From the NCBI GenBank assembly GCA_012295275.1, contig CM022676.1:15686001-15750000 (forward strand): a stretch of DNA of 64,000 nucleotides, given 5' to 3'. Origin of the DNA: Chrysomallon squamiferum. Lineage: Eukaryota; Animalia; Mollusca. Of this stretch, positions 55,629 through 64,000 are shown in pieces (positions within the stretch are counted from its first letter, which is position 1; each line of letters opens with the position of its first letter). The position numbers were made by a program, and so were the translations under genes. The notes beneath the pieces are model-generated. The model searched no databases. It was not told where the DNA came from and was given only the letters and a program-made list of their open reading frames with translations.

Positions 55629-56122
55629 CTACAAGAATATTATAATATACGAATGATCAAAACGAGTCTATGCAGAAACGAACGAACTAACATAAAGAAC
55701 AAAATAACAAATGAATAAATAAAATGAATGAAAGAACAAATAATAAACCTTTTGTCAAATAATGTAAACATTCCGTAATATCTATGAACAACAACAACAA
55801 TAATAATAATAATAATAGTACTACTACTAATAATAACAAAAACAACAACAACAATAATAAAAATAATAATAAACTGTTAAGAATATCTTGAAATAATTAT
55901 ACAAAAATATTTCTTAAATAACCTTTAAAAAAATTAATTCTAAAAATATTTTGTAACACAAAAAAAAAAATAACTGAACAAAAATACAACATAAAAAAAA
56001 AAAAAACAATCAAAACTAACAAACACAAAAACAACTTCGATGTGTATACACGTTATTTCTACATATTTAATAGTTTGTAGATGTATAATACTATGATGTG
56101 ACAACTGAGCAAATATACTTAC

Positions 56123-56380
56123 AGATGACATTGACAAACAGTGTTTTATTTGAAATCTTTGGGTACCACTCATTTTTCGCTACACACGTGTAATCTCCGG
56201 CTTCGTATCTGTTCACGTCACGCAAAGTCAGTAGAGAACTGCTCGAAATAACTTTGTTATTAAACTCCCATCTGAAGGAACACGATATGTAGCAGTCTGC
56301 GTCGCAGGATACTGTGACGTCATCTCCTTCATGAATATTCATTGGCGAGGACGTGTTTAGTTCTACTGTGTCTGGGCCAT
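56123..56380 (-). CDS. Minus-strand Ig receptor: Ig3
   Basis: YGPDTV...EGDDVTVSCDADC...CSFRW...EAGDYTCVAKN. Confidence 0.9.
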
Positions 56381-56929
56381 CTAGAGAGAAAGAACGTGAG
56401 AACAGACGAATGAACTTTTAAAATATATTTTAGTAAAGAGGAATATGGAAGGGTGTTTGTTTGTACGTGTTTCTATGAGTTTGTTTGTGTGCAATTTTAA
56501 ATTTTAAATCTACACTAACTGTCACAACTACTATTGCTACTGCTAATTGCTACTTATATTACCTTCATTATTATTACTACTACTGTAACTACAATTACTA
56601 CCATTATTTTGTATTAATGTTCCTATACCACTACCACTATTTCTGTTACTACTGATACTACTACTACTGGATACTAATATTATCATCACTATTTTTACTA
56701 ATACTATCACTAGTGCTACTACTACTACTACACATTTTTAATATTACCGTCTTCTTTATTACTATTACTATAAACGTAACTACAGCATTATTAGTAATAC
56801 TGTTCCTATGACTACTTCCATTATTACAATTATAAAACTACTGTTACTTTTCCTACTGCCACTACCACCACAATGAGAACCACCGTCACAAAGCAAATTT
56901 AAAAAAAAGAAAAAAAAAAAAAGACGTAC

Positions 56930-57196
56930 ACAACACAATCAGTTTGAAATCTTGACGCATGGACTTCGACGTGTGCGGGTTGGTTGCTGTGCACGTGTAC
57001 ACGTCATGTGACTGGTTTCTGTTCTCAACTTTTAGTACGAAAGAACCGTTCGTACTGATCTGCTCGTTGTGGAACTGCCACGTGTAGGTACAGCGGGGCT
57101 GGCAGTGAGCGAAACAGTAAATGTTTTTGCTGCGTCCAATCTCCAAGTAACTAACCACTGAAGGCGTGATTATGACAGATTCAGGCCCAGCCGCCT
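56930..57196 (-). CDS. Minus-strand Ig receptor: Ig2
   Basis: GPESVII...IYCFAHCQPRCTYTW...DVYTCTATN. Confidence 0.9.
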
Positions 57197-57519
57197 CTGA
57201 AACATAAAATTGTATACTTTTATCTGTGATGTTTTTTTGTGTTTTTTTTTTTTTTTTCATGAGACAGGAACACTTTATCTGTTTCAAGCAAAGAAGAGGA
57301 AGTGAAAAGATGACGAAGAAAGAATAAATTAAGGTAAGCATACATAGAAACACATACGCGCTCGTACACACACACACACATCCACGCACATACACACTAA
57401 CACAACACAAACACGGACATAAACACGCATACACAAACTAAAACAGATAAATGTGCAAACACGTATGTAGAGCAATCAGACATAACCTACAGAAGTAGAT
57501 AAACACGCGCATGTACTGT

Positions 57520-57832
57520 GACTCAACTAATCAGTAATTTAGTAAATCAACAAGTTAGTGAGTCAGGGATTCAGAAATTCAATCAGTCACTAATTTAGTC
57601 ATTCAGTCAGCTAGTACGTCACTCAGACGGTTAGTACATCAGTCACTGATTGATACCATTCAATCAACCATTCAGTCAAACACTCAGCAAATCAGTCACT
57701 CAGTAGGACACTCAGACAGTCATTCAGTTAAGTAAAAAGTTAGTCAGACAGTCAGTAAATAAGTTTGTTACTCAGTCATTCAATCACTCAGTAGGACACT
57801 GTAAGTCAGTCTGTTAGTTAATCACTTAGTCA
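57520..57832. repeat. Degenerate (CAGT/ACTC)n simple repeat
   Basis: Visible tetranucleotide periodicity. Confidence 0.7.
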
Positions 57833-57870
57833 CTTATAGAATTAATAAACAAATAAATATAATAACTTAC

Positions 57871-58224
57871 TGTTGAGGTCTAGATAGATGTCATTATCAC
57901 TGTATTTTCCAAGTGTCCGATGGAAACAGAGCCAACTTATAACATCAACGAGTGCGACCTTCTCAATCTCTAGAGTGTACATCTTCGTGGACGAGTGAAG
58001 ATCGTCAGTTCCTGCGCCACACGATAGTTTGTATCCTCTTTTTACATTAGGCTGGGAGCAGTCGTGTTTCGTGAAGCTAGCAAAGCCGTCATACGAGTAA
58101 TTAAAGTGTTGAACGAATTCTACTGAATTGTCCAGATTCGTCGCGTTCTCCACTTTACACGTTAGTGTGTAAGACTCGTTCAAGACCCCGTAAGGAGCTG
58201 ATCCCTTCAAAACCAGGCTCTGAG
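57871..58224 (-). CDS. Minus-strand Ig receptor: N-terminal V-like Ig1
   Basis: AQSLVLKG...YTLTCKV...CGAGTDDLHSSTKMYTLEI...DVISWLC, 354 nt, phase 1-1. Confidence 0.85.
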
Positions 58225-58232
58225 CTGTGTAA

Positions 58233-58278
<46 letters not shown>

Positions 58279-58285
58279 CAACAAC

Positions 58286-61200
58286 TGTCTCGGAATTAAG
58301 ATTGCATAAACAAATGTGTTACGTCAAACATCCGCTGCTTTTATTTGTTTCTGATGGATTTCAAATTTAATTGTAACTACAATCACATCCGCTTTTTTAT
58401 TGTTTCCACTAATTTGTCCCCTCCATGGCATTGTTTTAAAAGGGCTACGATCTGGTAATTAAACAAGGAGAGCGTAGGAAACGGTCAAGACGAGAATTCA
58501 GTCAGGCGAGGAAACCAAGTGTTTTCGAATGAAATTGTCTTTACGGACGAGTATGGAAAGCAATTGTCTCTTCTTATTTTGATAGGGTTTAATGTTCAAT
58601 TAACCTGTATCAATAACATTTATTATACCTAAAATTTTAATGTTTTAATATGTCCTGAATGCATATTCTTATTTTGTCTTGTTTACCCGTATGACCTTAA
58701 TCGTATCATCAATCAAAATTACTTAAACAAATATATTATATTAAAATATGTAATATATTTTTATCAAGCCAGTTCTATGATACAATTAAATAATTAACTT
58801 TTACCTTAACTGGTGTTGTGTTTATTTCTCTAGTGGATAGATAAACTTATTGGTTTATATAGATTGCTGTCAATTTAGCGTTTATATTCCTCGTTAAAGC
58901 ACATTCACACCCAAGACTGAGCCTTAAAAAAACGTACAAGACCTTTAAAGGTGTCAACCCCATGACAGGATTATAAAAGTTGGGGTTCTCGTCAAATTAA
59001 TTTCGGGGCTATTTTTTCTAAAATTCTTATGGAACTATTCCTTTAGATGTATTCAGTATTTTCTCAGTTTAATGACAGCTAATTTATATTTATATCCACT
59101 TGAGAAAACACAACACAGCAAAATAATAACGATATTGAAATAAACAAGATAACAACTGAGAAATAATTATAGATCAAGATACATTGAACAATCCTAGTGT
59201 AACTTTTATCGAAAGAGCCAAGAAGGCAAAGCTATTAGAGCTAGCAAATATTCTTAATATTTCAATTCCCCAGTCAAACAAAATAGAGCAAATCAGAGAA
59301 AGTTTAGCAATGGCTTCATTTCCAGATTCTGTAGCTAACAAGATTGGGGTGTGTAATGAAATAGGAGTAACTCCGAGTATGGCAGAATCAGTGGAATTAG
59401 AGGAATGGAAATTAACCTTCGAACAGACATTAGAACTTAAGAAGCTAGTCTATGAAAGTGATAGAAAGAAAATAAAAGAAAAGGAGAGACAGAGAGAGAG
59501 GTCAGAGATAAAGGGAGAGAGAGAAGACAGAAGAAAGATAATTTTAGATAATAAAATTGAAAATGGAACATGAACTTATAATGAGAGGAGATAATTCAAC
59601 TGAGAATGGTTGGTACAAGTCAGTTCCTAATTTTGATCAGAATGATGTTGAAATTTTCTTTCAACAGTTCGAAAGAGTGGCCAGTTTTAGCATTTGTTAG
59701 TTCAAAGTAAGCTGAAAGCAAAGGCTGCTCTAGCGTATAATGCTTTAGATAATACTCAGGTTAGAAATTACGAGGTGTGAAAATCAGCAGTGCTGACAGC
59801 GTCTCAGCTGACCAGCGAGGCATATCGTCAGTCTTTTCGGAAAATAAAAAAAATTAGATTCAGAAATGCACTGTGCATTGGTGTCCAGAAAACATATTTT
59901 TTTGACAATTGGAATAGATCAAGCGACATTGGGAATGATTAAGCCAAATTATGTGAATTAATAATTTTGGAAGAAGTGAGAAATAGTTTACCGGTAAATG
60001 TTCGGTTACATTTGGCAGATCAGGGCATAGAAGTTCTACAAGCTGCTGTAGCTGTTGATATCTATGTTCTCGTCCACAAGTCACAAAGTATTACATTTTG
60101 CTAGTAATCTTGATGGTAATCAGGGAAGGTTTTCTGGCAGGACTACATCACTTAGGCAGCATAACTATAATACTAGGTCCAATATGTCAGTAAACAGTAA
60201 TCTGTCGGCTACAACAAAACCTTTTCAACCACGTTGTTCATATTGAATAATCATGTTGTTTCAAACTGTTATGTCAGACAAAAGAACAATCAGAAAACTG
60301 TAGGTTTACTTAGAAGAATAAGCAATGTCTCAGAACTACCACAGATGCATATTCAGAAGAAATCTGTTAAATATATGTCAGAGGATACTATTGCTGACAT
60401 TCAACAAAATATGTATCCTCCTATGGTAATTTCCATTTTTCGAGAGACGGGAGTTTACCAGAGGCTGATTCTAAAAGATGCTGAGTTAGAAATGTCTGGT
60501 GATAAACTCCCTGGTGATAAACACAGTTTGACTGGAATAAAAAGAGCTGCTGTGAAGACAGAAATATGATCCATCTTTGCAAAAAAATAGTGGACAAAAA
60601 CAATTTTTTAAATGAGAATGAATGTTTTGTGTGCATAATGATGTGTTGATGAATAAAACCGTTAGTGAAATCATGACAGATGAACATGTAGTACCTAAAA
60701 TGGCAGGCGACTAATTTAGGCCAAAAACATTTAGTGAAAGTTCAGACTGAAAAAATAATAATAATAAATAAAAATATTTAAAAATTGATAGGAAAGCTAA
60801 AATAAGAAAATTGAATCCAGGTGACAAGGTACTAATATATTTGCTAATCACTAAATCATCTCTGCAAAGTAAATGTTTCGGTCCGTACATTGTAGAACGT
60901 AAAGTGGGTGACACAGGTTATATTGTTAATACACCAGATCGAGGTAAGTCGACAACGTTTTCCCATATTAATCTGTTGAAGACATATCATGATCGGGCTC
61001 CGGCGAATCCAACGATGTCTTTGGATGGTGACCAGATGGAAATGTCTGCTCATCAACCAGTGAAAAGTCTGACATTCAGCTGACTAACAGTCAGTCTAAG
61101 TTGGAACAGAAATTACATCACCTCGCAAGGGAGAGACAAAACGAAATAAAAAATAAATGAATATGAACTTCCCTAAATTGTTTCGAGAGGCACCAAGTAT

Positions 61201-61532
61201 AACCGACGCACCACCCAGGATGTGGAAGTAAGATATGTTCTCAAGCCTTCCTGGAAAGAAAGAATATGTTCTGTTCAAACTATGTAAAGGCAGCACCCAG
61301 TAACCAGCAACCATTCCAGCTGCTTGTACGTAATGATGTTGATTCCGGGCCAGTCTATTTCAAGAAAATCCCATTGGATGAACCACCCAGGCTATGGACT
61401 TGATGATGTCTACTGAACAACCCATGGCGAACCAGGAAAATAATTTTACTGAAGCTGAGCCATTGATAACGTTCCTATTTTTATTTGATGTATTGTTTGC
61501 CAAAAACTTTCAACTGCATGATATGCCAGTGT

Positions 61533-61572
<40 letters not shown>

Positions 61573-62110
61573 GTGTCATGTGATACCAGAACATTTCTAT
61601 ATCTTTGGTATGCTAAATTTTCGAAATTTGTGGAGGGGCATGTCACGGAATTCAGATTGCGCGACCAATTTTTTTACTTCAATCACATCCACTCCTTTTA
61701 ATTTTCAGCGATGGAAATGAAATTGCTAAACTTTAATTGTTACTTCAAACCACTTCAGCTTTTTTATTGTTTCCGCTAATTTTTCAACTCCATGGTGTTG
61801 TTATAAATGGGTTGTTATTTGGTAATTAAACTGGTTGTGGAAAAAAACAACAATGAAAAATGAAAAAAAGAGAGACATTCAGCGATATAATATATTATTA
61901 TCAATTCACCTGTATATTATAATTATATAATTAACATGAACCTTAACTTGTGTTTTCTGTCCTAGTGGATAGACAGATTTATTGATTTATATAGATTGTT
62001 CTCAATTTTGCTTTTATATTCCTTCTTAGGTGGCCATTAAAGCACCTTGTCACCCTAGACTAAGCCCTAATAAAACATCCAAAGTGTGTGAAGATGAGAG
62101 CCCCGTGACT
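58286..62110 (+). mobile_element. Old, internally deleted Ty3/Gypsy LTR retrotransposon (5' LTR 58286-58967, 3' LTR 61641-62110)
   Basis: The LTRs start TGTC(T/A)CGGAATT and end CC(A/G)TGAC(A/T). PBS-like TGGGGTTCTCGTC at 58981 (tRNA-Pro type). PPT GGAGGGG before 61641. Gag relics: VPNFDQNDVENFFQQFERVA, EAYRQSFR. Protease relic: IFRETG. Integrase GPY/F tail: PGDKVL...FGPYIVE...HINLLK. No RT/RNase H seen. Confidence 0.85.
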
Positions 62111-62151
62111 ATAGTAATAATTGAAATAATAATAATAGTAAGAATAATAAC

Positions 62152-62186
<35 letters not shown>

Positions 62187-63168
62187 TATAGCGAGATTAT
62201 GGTGAAATTATTTACACCTTTCGTTTGTTTAAGACTTGCTATGTAATTTTGTCTCGTATGACAAAGAATATCTAATATTATATATACCTTGTGTCTGTTT
62301 CTAGTTCACAGATATAAACTCATCTATAAACACATAGTTATAAACCATCTCTGACAGATACTCAAACTCACATACACGTACTCACATACTCATGTCAGAT
62401 ATATTTATTTTCAGAGAACGAGATACCAACCCCAGACAGAACAAATCACAGTTGTGAATCATAAAATGCTAAATAATGGTGAATAATTGTATGCTGCTTG
62501 TTGAACTAACTTTTCTAATGGTATTTTATGGCGCAAGTCTTCACTGATAGTACAGAACATAAGAAATGTGTATGAGTTATACGTGTTGTATCCATTTCAT
62601 ATGACTATATACATGTAAGTAAGTAGTATGTGTATGTATTTTGTATATATGTATGTATGCAAGATAATGTAAACTAATATAATGTATATCTATACATATA
62701 TGTATGTCGATATGTGTTTATTTATATATGCTTATATGTGTGAGAGTGTGTGTATGTGTGAGTGTGAGTGTGTGTCTGTGTGTTTTTTTTCTACATATGT
62801 ATGATTGCCTGGATATAGCTCTATGTTCTACGTGTATTTATCTGTGTTTCACTGTTTCTGACTGGTATACTTGTATGTAAGTATGTATGTCTATTTCTCT
62901 GTCCGGGTGTGTCTCTGTGTATAACTGAAACTGAGTTTGAACTTCAGAGATGATGCAAGAGAGACAGAGAAAGTATAAGAGAGGAAGAAACATATATTTT
63001 CTTTTACTTAAATAAAGATAATTAGACCTGCAAGTATATCTGTATATTTCTCTCTTTTTCTCTATCTGAGAGAAAGTGTAACAGAGGAAGAAACAGATAG
63101 GGAAAAGAGAGAAAAAACGATGAACAGATGATAATAAATTATAAATAAATAATTAAAAATAATCTTAC

Positions 63169-63241
63169 CTGTAACAGATTTCGACAGGTAAAATATTCCT
63201 AATAAGAAAAAGTCCACACGGAATAAAACAGAAAATTTCAT
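63169..63241 (-). CDS. Minus-strand Ig receptor: signal-peptide exon
   Basis: MKFSVLFRVDFFLLGIFYLSKSVT, donor G|GTAAGA, phase 1, compatible with Ig1. Confidence 0.75.
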
Positions 63242-63621
63242 TTTTGTTTCTCACTGAAGCCCGCACCCTTGTTTCAGTAACAGATAACGAAACACGAGTC
63301 ACACACGTGTTCTGGTGTTTTCTCGAAGGTTTTCAGTGAAACGAATGACAACTGACACACCCTGTACTGTATCGTGTTCCTTGTTACCCAGTCAACTCAG
63401 TCCTTTCACCGTTGACAAAAGAGAAGACCTCTGTGTCGCATTTTAAATGATCTAAATATACCTTCCCACTGAGCAACTTAACCACATATGTCATAATGTC
63501 AACATGAAATGAATACTTTGATCTTCAAAATCACGTGTTTTTTAGGATTACGGAGTTGAATGAGAAACCCTTGCATACCCCTTATTTGGCCGAATAGCGT
63601 GTCACTCCATATACACACACA

Positions 63622-63671
<50 letters not shown>

Positions 63672-64000
63672 AAACAAAATTAAAATATTTTGATAATAGA
63701 AATATGTAATAAGAATACATGTCTATGTTTAGTTGCTGTACAAGAGATTTTAGTAAAAATGTTTATGTATGGAAAGCTAGATGTGTGGACAGACGGACCC
63801 ATGACGTCACTGTTCAAGTGTTTTCACACAGGTAAATATATAGAAAGACAGATACATGCCAATTTATTTGGCTATTTATTTATTTATTTATTTGTTTTTT
63901 TTTTTTGTTTGTCTGTTTAATTAGTTAGTTAGTTAGTAATCTATATATGTAATCTCAAGTCAGAGTGAAACATATCTCTTTCTACATGAACGATATCAGA

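Overview
AT-rich, microsatellite-dense, intron-containing animal DNA. The gene and repeat families suggest a mollusc or other lophotrochozoan (inference). It contains one 200-N gap at 9071-9270. Most ORF-track entries are simple-repeat artefacts, so the gene models here were built by hand from GT-AG splice sites and exon phase. The window looks like a fast-evolving innate-immunity locus. In order it holds: a truncated BTB gene; a decayed parvovirus/densovirus-like NS1 (HUH endonuclease + SF3 helicase) next to a long inverted repeat with tRNA-like heads and a minisatellite; orphan cytoplasmic-tail exons of an Ig receptor; a disabled ZNFX1-like 3' fragment with a large repeat-coded tail; duplicated Cys-rich Ig receptor genes (+ strand, partly disabled); LINE, Tigger and SRCR relics; and an apparently intact 5-Ig receptor (- strand) with a glycine-zipper TM and an ITIM-like motif, whose first intron holds an old Gypsy LTR element. 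The most striking item is not visible in the ORF track. It is an intact 3-exon, 195-aa secreted prepro-protein (21968-24640): signal peptide, propiece, furin site RSKR, a cationic amphipathic 24-mer ending in a GRR amidation signal, then a Cys-free basic domain that resembles bacterial polymorphic (CdiA/Rhs-type) toxin C-termini. It is a candidate domesticated antibacterial toxin.
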